Assembly: GCA_048882385.1 (NCBI GenBank)
Contig: JBHLRQ010000020.1
Coordinates: 1 to 16,284 of the forward strand
DNA from: Candidatus Thorarchaeota archaeon
GTDB lineage: Archaea; Asgardarchaeota; Thorarchaeia; Thorarchaeales; Thorarchaeaceae
Length of the DNA: 16,284 bases
Direction: 5' to 3'
In this document: in pieces, positions 8,020-16,284 of the stretch
Position numbering within the stretch: position 1 is the first letter of the stretch
Layout of the letters: each line of letters opens with the position of its first letter
Translations under genes and position numbers: made by a program
The notes under the pieces: generated by a model
Database searches by the model: none
What the model was told of the DNA's origin: nothing
Seen by the model: only the letters and a program-made list of their open reading frames with translations

Positions 8020-8064
8020 AAAGAGGTCCAGGATTGATTCCTTGACCTCTTTCCTCTCTATTTT
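8020..8064 (+). terminator. Hairpin plus pyrimidine tract after the MFS gene
   Basis: AAAGAGGTC-C-AGGA-TTGAT-TCCT-T-GACCTCTTT followed by CCTCTCTATTTT. Confidence 0.6.
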
Positions 8065-8198
8065 CCATGAAATCTTTGTATTTGCAAACTTCTTCGACAA
8101 TGAGTTGACTTTCAATAAAAATACGTGATATTAGATAAGCTTCATATAGTCTAGATTTTGCTCGTCGGCCATCGAATTGACGGTATTAGGTGACGTAC

Positions 8199-10190
8199 TT
8201 GTCAGAAGAAAAGAAGATTACAGTTTATAGCCAGGAAGAAAGGCGTTTCGATCCCCCAAAGAGTTTCGTCGACAAGGCATATGTAAAGAGCCAAGATGAG
8301 CGAATGAAGATTTGGAAAGAGTCAGTCGAAAATCCTGATGAATTCTGGCTCAAAGCAGCCAAGGAACTTTGTTACTGGAAGAAAGAGCCAACCAAGGGTT
8401 TTGAATGGGAAGATATCGAGAATATTCGATTCACCTGGTTCAAAGACGGTGTAACCAACATGGCGTACAACTGTCTTGACAAAAATATTGAGGCAGGCAA
8501 AGGTGACCAGATTGCGCTAATCTGGCAGGGTGAGCCCCTTGAAGAGTCAAAGACCTACACATACAGTGAACTTCTCAGTGAGGTCAACAAAGCAGCCAAT
8601 GTCCTGAAGAACCTGGGTGTCAAAAAGGGCGACCGAATTACAATGTACCTCCCCATGATTCCGGAGCTTGCAATCATCATGCTTGCTTGTGTTAGGATTG
8701 GTGCAGTTCACAGCATTGTCTTTGGTGGATTCAGCTCAGATTCTGTCAAAGACAGAATTCTCGACTGTGAGGGTAAAATACTGGTTACAGCAGATGGTTA
8801 CTACCGCGCAGGTAAAACAATTCCGCAGAAGGTAGGTGCAGACAAAGCTGTCGAAGATCTCGATTTAGTCGAGAAGGTTCTCGTTGTTAAGAGAGTTGGA
8901 ATTGACGTTCCCTGGACCGAGGGAAGAGATGTCTGGTACCACGAGGAATACGAGAAAGTCGACGACAAGTGCGACCCTGAGTGGATTGATGCAGAAGATC
9001 CACTTTTCATTCTCTACACATCTGGTTCAACTGGGAAGCCAAAGGGAGTCCTCCACACAACTGGTGGATACATGACCTACACAACTCATACTTTCAAGCA
9101 TATCTTTGATTGGCATGAGGGTGATGTCTACTGGTGTACAGCTGATATCGGTTGGATTACAGGTCACTCCTACATCGTATATGGACCTCTCTCAGCTGGG
9201 GCAACCTCATTGATGTTTGAGTCCGTGCCTACATATCCTGACAATGATAGATTTTGGCTTGAAGTGGAGAGGTGGAAAGTCAACCAGTTCTACACAGCTC
9301 CAACTGCTATCCGGGCTTTGATGCGATTTGGTAATGATCCCGTATTGAAGCATGATCTATCATCCTTAAACCTGCTTGGAACAGTTGGTGAGCCAATCAA
9401 TCCTGAGGCTTGGATATGGTACCACGAGATGATTGGAAAGAAGAACTGTCCAATTGTTGATACTTACTGGCAGACTGAAACCGGTGGTGTCATAGTCACT
9501 CCACTACCTGGAGCTACTCCAACTATCCCCGGGAGTGCAACCTTTCCGTACTTTGGTGTTGACCCCGTCATCGTTGCTGAAGATGGCGTAACAGTTGGTG
9601 CAAACGAGGGTGGATATTTGTGCATGAAGAAGCCATGGCCTGGTCTCATGAGGACTGTCTATGGTGATCACAAGCGGTTCATCGACACATACTGGGTCCA
9701 GTTCAAGAATCCTGAAAACGGAGATCCGATGTACTACACTGGTGACGGGTCTCGATTCAACGATGATGGTTACATCTTCGTGATGGGCCGACTTGACGAT
9801 GTTCTCAAGGTGTCCGGTCACAGACTAGGTACTGCTGAAATTGAGTCATCACTTGTCAAGCATCCTGCAGTGGCTGAGTGTGCAGTTGTAGGATTTCCTC
9901 ACGAGATTAAGGGTGAGAGTATCTACGTATTTGTCACTCTGAAGATGGGTATAGAGAAGACTGATGCACTCAAGCTTGAGCTCAGAAACCACGTCCGCGC
10001 TGACGTCGGTCCAATCGCCACTCCTGAGAAGATTCAGTGGGCTGATGCACTTCCGAAGACTCGCTCAGGTAAGATCATGAGGCGAATTCTCAAGAAGATT
10101 GCAGCAGGTCAGATTGACGACCTCGGTGACACTACAACCTTGGCTGACCCAACAGTCGTTGAAACTCTAGTCAGGGAACGAATAGAATAA
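8199..10190 (+). CDS. acs: Acetyl-CoA synthetase (AMP-forming), acetate--CoA ligase
   Basis: YTSGSTGKPKG, WCTADIGWITGHSY, VGEPINPEAW, DTYWQTETGG, GRLDDV...SGHRLGTAEIES, LPKTRSGKIMRR. TTG 8199 follows SD AGGTGA (track start is 8190). Confidence 0.97.
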   Translation: MSEEKKITVYSQEERRFDPPKSFVDKAYVKSQDERMKIWKESVENPDEFWLKAAKELCYWKKEPTKGFEWEDIENIRFTWFKDGVTNMAYNCLDKNIEAGKGDQIALIWQGEPLEESKTYTYSELLSEVNKAANVLKNLGVKKGDRITMYLPMIPELAIIMLACVRIGAVHSIVFGGFSSDSVKDRILDCEGKILVTADGYYRAGKTIPQKVGADKAVEDLDLVEKVLVVKRVGIDVPWTEGRDVWYHEEYEKVDDKCDPEWIDAEDPLFILYTSGSTGKPKGVLHTTGGYMTYTTHTFKHIFDWHEGDVYWCTADIGWITGHSYIVYGPLSAGATSLMFESVPTYPDNDRFWLEVERWKVNQFYTAPTAIRALMRFGNDPVLKHDLSSLNLLGTVGEPINPEAWIWYHEMIGKKNCPIVDTYWQTETGGVIVTPLPGATPTIPGSATFPYFGVDPVIVAEDGVTVGANEGGYLCMKKPWPGLMRTVYGDHKRFIDTYWVQFKNPENGDPMYYTGDGSRFNDDGYIFVMGRLDDVLKVSGHRLGTAEIESSLVKHPAVAECAVVGFPHEIKGESIYVFVTLKMGIEKTDALKLELRNHVRADVGPIATPEKIQWADALPKTRSGKIMRRILKKIAAGQIDDLGDTTTLADPTVVETLVRERIE

Positions 10191-10201
10191 TTAAAACTCA
10201 A

Positions 10202-10236
10202 GAGAGAGGTCAATAAACCTCTCTCCTTCTGTTTTT
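10202..10236 (+). terminator. Hairpin plus T tract after acs
   Basis: GAGAGAGGT-CAATAA-ACCTCTCTC followed by CTTCTGTTTTT. Confidence 0.65.
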
Positions 10237-10260
10237 ATACATACCAGTATGTTTGTAGTT

Positions 10261-10536
10261 CTATCTTTCCTTAGGAGCCACCCAAGTGTCACGATAGATC
10301 CAAACTTCTGATATCGAACCCCTTTTTCCGATATTAGGGGGTAGTCGACCCCTAAGAGTATGTTTGTATTTAGTGAGATTTATCGGACAACTCGTCACGT
10401 TTCCGAATGAAAGACTGACTCCGCCTTTGTAAAGTCCCGGTTTCAGCTGATAGAATTCCATTACATACTTAGGCACATAGAATCCAAGATGCTTCTTATC
10501 ATACTCGGAAACTCTTGAAATGAAACGTATTGGCAT
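10261..10536 (-). CDS. Small basic protein, possibly a tandem AbrB/SpoVT-like swapped-hairpin DNA-binding fold
   Basis: Strong SD GGAGGT upstream. FYVPKYVMEFYQLKPG resembles the AbrB IPxxhRxxLxhxPG pattern; the second half is GRLPPNIGKRGSISEVWI. Confidence 0.6.
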   Translation of the reverse strand: MPIRFISRVSEYDKKHLGFYVPKYVMEFYQLKPGLYKGGVSLSFGNVTSCPINLTKYKHTLRGRLPPNIGKRGSISEVWIYRDTWVAPKER

Positions 10537-10829
10537 GTCATCAACCTCCCAGTAGGAATCGCTACGCAGTTACAACCTTTTGATATCTGGTTTGTGGTGT
10601 GGCTTTGTATTGAATGGTCATTATTCATAGGATGTCTATTTGGTCATGTACAAGTTACCTTTTCATTATTTACTAAATCAGAGGATTTGTCCCATGGATT
10701 ATTGTACAATCTACTAGTCATAATGAGTGTGAAATAGAGAAAGACAATTCTGTGGCAGTCATATCAAACAAACAGCTTGTTGAATAGACATATTAACAAT
10801 AGTGAATAATAATTGAGAGAGGAATAAAT

Positions 10830-11531
10830 GTGGAAGAAATACAAAAATTCACTGGATTTCCTAAGGAAACTCTGAGGTTCTATTCAGAGCTGAAGGAGAA
10901 CAACTTCAGGGACTGGTTCAATGATAGAAAAGAACACTATGAGGAGTATGTCCTAAAGCCGGCCCAATCCTTTGTGGTGGCATTTGGAGAGAAGCTAAAG
11001 ACCATTTCTGACAGCTTTACATATGACACTCGCACAAACGGTAGAGGATCTATATTACGGATCTATCGAGATGTTCGTTTCAGCAAGGATAAGACACCAT
11101 ACAATACTCGACTTCGGTTCAGGTTTGGAGAGGGTACACCTGAGAAGGGGCTATACCCCGGATACTTCTTTGGTATGGACGAAACAGGTGGTAGACTTCT
11201 TGGTGGAATCTACAAGTTTGCTAAACCTACACTTGATCGATATCGAAAAGCCATACTAGATGATAGCTCTGGAAAAATGTTGGCTAAGATTCTTGACGAA
11301 ATCAAGAACCAAAAGGGATTCGAGATTGGCGGAGAGCATTTCAAACGGGTTCCAAGAGGTTTTGATGATGATCATCCACGGGCCAATCTTCTCAGGCACG
11401 ACGCACTCTATGTCAGTTCTCCACAGATTCCTGTCAGTGTTCTCAAGAAACCGGATTTGGTCAATGTCTGTTATGAATATGCACTCAAAATTGCCCCGGT
11501 TCATAACTGGTTGAATCATTTGTCTCGTTAG
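10830..11531 (+). CDS. DUF2461 family protein
   Basis: FTGFPKETLRFYSELKENNFRDWF, RIYRDVRFSKDKTPY, KRVPRGFDDDHPRANLLRH. Confidence 0.9.
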   Translation: MEEIQKFTGFPKETLRFYSELKENNFRDWFNDRKEHYEEYVLKPAQSFVVAFGEKLKTISDSFTYDTRTNGRGSILRIYRDVRFSKDKTPYNTRLRFRFGEGTPEKGLYPGYFFGMDETGGRLLGGIYKFAKPTLDRYRKAILDDSSGKMLAKILDEIKNQKGFEIGGEHFKRVPRGFDDDHPRANLLRHDALYVSSPQIPVSVLKKPDLVNVCYEYALKIAPVHNWLNHLSR

Positions 11532-11603
11532 GTCAAAACTCAAGTTCTATAGCGAACTGCCATAGGATAATCTACAAAAACGGACCATAATGAAAAACGA
11601 TGA

Positions 11604-11870
11604 GTGAGAATAATGCTCCAGGAAAGTACAATCCGAAAGAAAATCATCGGTTCAGTGGTTGCTAGCAGCGTCTTCATAATCTGGATTCTTGTTGATTTCT
11701 ATATTTTCCCTGTCTTTGGACTGACGTCCTATGTACTCTACGAAGTACTCGCATATGGGTCTTGGACAATAATCACACTCGTCTGCTTTGCAATCCTGTC
11801 TTGGGCGGGATGTTTCTCTTTACGTCGCCATACTGAAGAATCAGGCAGTATTGATGACATCGCTGGGTAA
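11604..11870 (+). CDS. Small two-TM hypothetical membrane protein
   Basis: Two hydrophobic segments preceded by RKK; 30-bp convergent overlap with the next gene. Confidence 0.55.
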   Translation: MRIMLQESTIRKKIIGSVVASSVFIIWILVDFYIFPVFGLTSYVLYEVLAYGSWTIITLVCFAILSWAGCFSLRRHTEESGSIDDIAG

Positions 11871-12608
11871 TGTATTCTCATTTTGTATGCCAACAGAATC
11901 TCCCTGACGCTCAAGAATGCGTATTATTTGGAGTCCTATCGTGACAACCACGATTGAAGCCAGTACGACTTTTATTGGTGTGATAATCCCTGCTACTAGC
12001 CATATACCGTATAGAATTTCAGGAGTCAATCCTAGTATCCAATGCAATTGACCAGGTAGAAGCACAAACACCCTAAACAGAATATCAGTTTCAAGAGCTA
12101 TCACTGTGGTGAATACCAGTAAGATGATCTTCTTCCGTTCTGTAATGTCATGCATCCAACCTCGAGTAGTGAGGAAGGTGTAAATCAACACAATTCCATA
12201 TCCGACCAGAATGTCCCAGATTCCCCAGAGAGGGAGTCCCCACGTAACAGGATACATGAAATATCCAAGAAGCATGACTGTATAGATTGCTAAGACTTGT
12301 TTCCACTTGCCTTGGTACACAAAACCTGCCATAGCCGCACCCATTGACAAACCAAGCATGAACAACAGCTCAGTAGGTTCGCGGTAGTAGATAGTGTGTC
12401 CTATTAGACTACCAATTCCTACAGAATAGGCCCCAAGTGATGGGCCTAGTATGATTCCAACTATAGGGCTTAATAGAAATGCCCAACTGTACCAAACACC
12501 TGATGTAAAGCCAAATGCAGGAATGCTATCTAATACAGCAGTCATTGCTGTAAAAACAGCCACAAAAGCTACCATCCTACTTGGATTCGAATCTATTGAG
12601 ATTACCAT
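11841..12608 (-). CDS. Multi-TM membrane protein, ECF transporter S-component-like
   Basis: VAFVAVFTAMTAVL (AxxxA in TM1), SPIVGIILGPSLGAYSVGIGSLIG, AAMAGF. ATG 12608 preferred over track start 12692. Confidence 0.65.
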   Translation of the reverse strand: MVISIDSNPSRMVAFVAVFTAMTAVLDSIPAFGFTSGVWYSWAFLLSPIVGIILGPSLGAYSVGIGSLIGHTIYYREPTELLFMLGLSMGAAMAGFVYQGKWKQVLAIYTVMLLGYFMYPVTWGLPLWGIWDILVGYGIVLIYTFLTTRGWMHDITERKKIILLVFTTVIALETDILFRVFVLLPGQLHWILGLTPEILYGIWLVAGIITPIKVVLASIVVVTIGLQIIRILERQGDSVGIQNENTLPSDVINTA

Positions 12609-12723
12609 GGCTTCCGCGCGGCACACAAGGGCAGGATTTAAACTCTCTTGAACATCAGAGGAGTTCCTATATATCGCGGAGCTATATGGCAAGGCTGTGT
12701 AAACTTAGGAGTTTGAGATCATT

Positions 12724-13668
12724 ATGGGTAAAGCACGATTCGTGTTTCCGTTCATCTTTGCTGCTGCAGGAATTGCTTTCGGCCTATATGTCATGTATAG
12801 GGTAACCTCCTTTGCACCATCATTCGAGTTCATCCCGTGGATTGAGGGGTCACTCTTCACTGACATCTTGATAATTCTTGGAATAGCAATTCCAGTGATA
12901 GCCATTGAATATTTCGTCATTGCATTCCCACTTGCAGCTCTCTTTCTCTTGGGAAGTCGTCTAGTCAAGTCTGCAACTTACAATTTTTCTATCATGGACA
13001 TAGGAACTGAGTTTGGCGGCTACAGAATGATTCGTAGAAGTGTTGCCCCTGCCCTCTTCAGCTTGAGTACATCTGGACTCATAATAGGTCTTCTCGAGGG
13101 TATACTTGCTGAACCTTTGACAACTGCACCTCCAGGAACGGGTTTTTGGGTCGGATTGAGTCTCACACTGATGGGTGCACTCGTCATAATGCCCATTGCT
13201 CTTGCACTTTTCATCCCAACCTGGATCTTGAACGATGCTGGTATTGTGACTCATCTAAAGGAAGGTCAACTGGATGTTCGACAATGCCCTGACACAGAAG
13301 GAATCGGTCGTTGGTACAGCAGTATGCTTAGTGGTTATTCGTTGTTTGCGTATCCAATTGCAATGATTAGTGCACACTTTGTACAACCATTCATCATCGA
13401 AGGTCTTCTACCAGAGCAACATCCCGAGTTACTTCTCGTAAGCTTTCTCTGGACTCTTGGAATTCCTCTGGTGGTCGTAGCCTTCATACTCCCTGTTGTT
13501 TTCCTGAATGAAGCTGCGCAGAGAAGATCAGTAGGATTCATTCAGCGCTTCGCACGCGGATTGGCTGCTAAAGAGGTCGAGAAACCAGTCATCTCAAGAA
13601 AGGGAGCGAAGAAGAAGACTGAGGACAAACCACCAGAACAACCAGCTGGAGAATCACTGGACTACTGA
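12724..13668 (+). CDS. Hypothetical multi-TM membrane protein
   Basis: 314-aa ORF with about 6 hydrophobic segments and a charged low-complexity tail; no family recognised. Confidence 0.75.
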   Translation: MGKARFVFPFIFAAAGIAFGLYVMYRVTSFAPSFEFIPWIEGSLFTDILIILGIAIPVIAIEYFVIAFPLAALFLLGSRLVKSATYNFSIMDIGTEFGGYRMIRRSVAPALFSLSTSGLIIGLLEGILAEPLTTAPPGTGFWVGLSLTLMGALVIMPIALALFIPTWILNDAGIVTHLKEGQLDVRQCPDTEGIGRWYSSMLSGYSLFAYPIAMISAHFVQPFIIEGLLPEQHPELLLVSFLWTLGIPLVVVAFILPVVFLNEAAQRRSVGFIQRFARGLAAKEVEKPVISRKGAKKKTEDKPPEQPAGESLDY

Positions 13669-13684
13669 GATCCTGTACTTGTCA

Positions 13685-14758
13685 TTATCTCCTACGGAGC
13701 AGAATCAATAGGACAATCACTATTCCTACGCCGCCGATCACAGCTCCTAACACGGCGAGTTGTATGGGATCAATTCCTGACCCTTCCGGAATTGTTAGTT
13801 GTTCAACCACAAGGAGGTTGGTAGCATCACTAAAAGTATCCTCGTTCATGAAAATATCCCATACCGTGATATCTACTGTATAGTTTCCAAGTCCGAGGTC
13901 TGTGATGGTGCCTTCATAGAATCCTACTGATGTTTCATTTAATGCAATTAAGCATTCATAGGGTTGAGATAATCTTTCACCTGTTGTAGCATTGAGTGCA
14001 AAGACCTTCGTCACTACTCTGTAAATGCCTGAAACGTCACTGACCTGCACTGTAAGATTGACATTTGTTCCAAGAATGCTTGGTTTGGGATTAACTACTG
14101 CATTCAGAAGTTTTGGACCATCAGACTCGTAGAGTCCCAGAGTTGCTGCTATTGCCTCACACATTTCTTCTCGATAGAACCTGCTTCTGACACCTGTCAC
14201 AAGGTTGCCATCTATTACTGGAGGTACCAACTCATTGAAAGTTGCTCCAGCAGCAATGTACTCTGCTTCATAGTCAGCATTTCCAGTAATGTTCCTACCA
14301 TTTATCACATCAGCTGCAGCTAGAACTCGGACTGCACGACACCATGCACTAACAATTATACCTTCACTCATCGCAGAGCTAATCAAATCCAGTGCACTCT
14401 GATTTGTGCGAAGTATCTCATGAGATTCACCAGGCATGATAGAAATCGCATCATATACTGTGATGTCCGTAATATCTGTCAGCATAATGTCTACTGAGTG
14501 TTCTTCATATCCTAGATATGAACAGGAAATCAAGGTCTGATTTAGACCTGTAGTTGTGATGCTCCACCCGTATCTCTCAAATATATCCATAATATATGGG
14601 ACATTACCACCATAGTCATGGTCCATGAGAAGAAGAATATTGATGGACTCCTGAAACTCTATTGTCATCTCAGTACTACCTTGGACACTTCCAAAAATCA
14701 CTATGAATTCAACAATACTGATCATAATTACCTGTTTTACGAAACGCCTTGGCATCAA
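13685..14758 (-). CDS. DJ-1/PfpI domain protein with signal peptide, Ig-like beta domain and C-terminal TM anchor
   Basis: N-terminal RR plus hydrophobic stretch; YDAISIMPG, VSAWCRAVRVLAAADVINGRNITG, VIDGNLVTG; beta-rich VNLTVQVSDVSGI...GNYTVDITVWD; terminal TM followed by RRR. Confidence 0.82.
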   Translation of the reverse strand: MMPRRFVKQVIMISIVEFIVIFGSVQGSTEMTIEFQESINILLLMDHDYGGNVPYIMDIFERYGWSITTTGLNQTLISCSYLGYEEHSVDIMLTDITDITVYDAISIMPGESHEILRTNQSALDLISSAMSEGIIVSAWCRAVRVLAAADVINGRNITGNADYEAEYIAAGATFNELVPPVIDGNLVTGVRSRFYREEMCEAIAATLGLYESDGPKLLNAVVNPKPSILGTNVNLTVQVSDVSGIYRVVTKVFALNATTGERLSQPYECLIALNETSVGFYEGTITDLGLGNYTVDITVWDIFMNEDTFSDATNLLVVEQLTIPEGSGIDPIQLAVLGAVIGGVGIVIVLLILLRRR

Positions 14759-14831
14759 TGCGCCACCGAGCGCAGTCTAATATGAGAAATAGCCTAATAA
14801 TGTGTCATTGGCGCAAGAATTTAGGCAAAGA

Positions 14832-15731
14832 CTATTCCACTAACCCAAGTTTTGTCATGGCACGAAGACAACCAAGCGTCATTTTACCTGCCCACTCTTT
14901 CTCAGCAATAGGCCAGACATCCTCATATTGACCCCATTTCCAGGTGGGCCACCAACCCCCATCATCTGCCTGATTCTCTATCTCTTGACGCATCAGATCA
15001 TACACATTATCTTGATAGGACATCAATATTGATTCTGAATCAGGTGCCAACCAAAAGATGCGTATCTCTCCCATGTCATCCTGAGTGTAAGGTATATCCT
15101 TCTCAAAAGTCCGATGAATCATCTTTGAAACCATTGTCTGGATTTGGTTGGGAAAATCCCTATATGCACGCTCCCAACACATGACTTTGTAGAGTCCATT
15201 GATATAATTCGTGTTCTTGATGTTTGTTAACAGACGTTTCTCCACGCTTGATATGAGCTCGTCTGGGACCAATGACTTGTATCTGTAGACGTATCCAGCT
15301 AGCTCAGCATTGGGATTTGCCCAACTCTCTTCTGTAGGAGGTTTTACCTCCTCTAGGTTCCACCACCGCGCATGAGGTTCATCATTTACATCAAGGAAGG
15401 TGTATGGCCAATAACCGTGATCTTGGTCGTAGGTTGATATTAGATATTGAATTGCCTCTGAAACAATATCCTCATCAGCTGAGGCATCGATATTCTTACA
15501 GTACTGTAGACCCACTGAGGTCACAATCGGTGAAGAGGCTTGAAGTCTGATGTCTGACTCCAACCCCTGACCATATCCCCCATCTGAGTTTTGATATTTC
15601 CTCAATTCCTCCACCACTGCCTCTCGTGTACCGTCCTCAAACAAATATTCGAATAGGCTTCGATCAAGCGGTCGAGCATTCTTGAAGATGAATTCACGAG
15701 CACGAGCAAATGCATCCTTCGAGAGTTTCAA
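14832..15731 (-). CDS. Prenyltransferase/squalene-oxidase-repeat (alpha/alpha barrel) protein
   Basis: QW-type motifs YQNSDGGYGQGLESD and QADDGGWWPTW. TTG 15731 follows SD GAGGTG (track start is 15740). Confidence 0.75.
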   Translation of the reverse strand: MKLSKDAFARAREFIFKNARPLDRSLFEYLFEDGTREAVVEELRKYQNSDGGYGQGLESDIRLQASSPIVTSVGLQYCKNIDASADEDIVSEAIQYLISTYDQDHGYWPYTFLDVNDEPHARWWNLEEVKPPTEESWANPNAELAGYVYRYKSLVPDELISSVEKRLLTNIKNTNYINGLYKVMCWERAYRDFPNQIQTMVSKMIHRTFEKDIPYTQDDMGEIRIFWLAPDSESILMSYQDNVYDLMRQEIENQADDGGWWPTWKWGQYEDVWPIAEKEWAGKMTLGCLRAMTKLGLVE

Positions 15732-15829
15732 CTGTAACACCTCATTCAGTTTCCTTGTTGATTGTCTGATATGTATTTACCCAAACACTCCATGGAAACA
15801 CTCATATTATTATAACTATAGTTAATGTT

Positions 15830-16282
15830 ATGTCCGAAGACAAACTCATAGATGTGGAGATCAAGCAGACAACTCTGGTACGTGCTAGGCCTGAGGATGT
15901 CTATGACGCAATTGCAACAGCTGATGGAATCAATGCTTGGTTCACTCACAATACTGAGATCGATGCGAAACCTGGTGGTTCTATAGTCCTTCGATGGAAA
16001 GACTGGGGTCCTGACAAGTACACAACAGATGCTCCAGGTACGGTCCTAGAAGCCAACCGAGGTGAGCGTTTCGTATTTCAGTGGAGACCTGACAAGCCTG
16101 ACTATGCCACAACGATTGAAATGGATTTCGAACCAGTTGAAGAAGGCACGGTGGTCCGACTACGTGAGCATGGTTATCATGATACTCCTTCCGGCAGAGC
16201 AGCTATGCTCGAGTGTGCTGCAGGATGGGGTGAGGCATTGACTCTATTGAAATACTATGTAGAGCACAACATTACATACTAG
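15830..16282 (+). CDS. SRPBCC / AHSA1-like (START superfamily) ligand-binding protein
   Basis: ARPEDVYDAIATADGINAWF, DAKPGG, ERFVFQW, GTVVRLREHG, GWGEALTLLKYYVE. Confidence 0.9.
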   Translation: MSEDKLIDVEIKQTTLVRARPEDVYDAIATADGINAWFTHNTEIDAKPGGSIVLRWKDWGPDKYTTDAPGTVLEANRGERFVFQWRPDKPDYATTIEMDFEPVEEGTVVRLREHGYHDTPSGRAAMLECAAGWGEALTLLKYYVEHNITY

Positions 16283-16284
16283 AA

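Noticed and set aside
8010-8055. SECIS-like element or selenoprotein readthrough
   Set aside because: The upstream gene ends in TAA, I saw no in-frame TGA interrupting a recognisable protein, and the hairpin lacks a tandem GA core.
1126-15949. Remaining short overlapping or antisense track ORFs (e.g. 7373-7834, 9504-9821, 12961-13254, 15746-15949)
   Set aside because: Shadow frames of well-supported genes.

Overview
Archaeal chromosomal window. The domain call rests on an archaeal-type tRNA with a bulge-helix-bulge intron, GGTGA/GAGGTG Shine-Dalgarno motifs and BRE/TATA promoters. The gene style suggests an Asgard archaeon such as Thorarchaeia, which is inference only. Left part: a partial unknown ORF, a tRNA-Ile(GAT) with a 29-nt intron in the T-loop (59/60), a degenerate inverted copy of that tRNA's intron and 3' end just upstream, a flavodoxin, small hypothetical/membrane proteins, a 66-nt GC-rich structured RNA candidate, a Pol-beta-type nucleotidyltransferase and an amidohydrolase. 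Centre: an acetate/carboxylate module in which a family-I CoA-transferase fused to a Pat-like GNAT domain is divergent from an OFA-type MFS transporter and AMP-forming acetyl-CoA synthetase (acs). Right part: an AbrB-like small protein, DUF2461, membrane proteins (one ECF S-component-like), a predicted surface-anchored DJ-1/PfpI protein, a prenyltransferase-repeat protein and an SRPBCC/AHSA1 protein. No CRISPR array, transposase or integrase was seen. All family calls are from motif recognition by eye; no searches were run.
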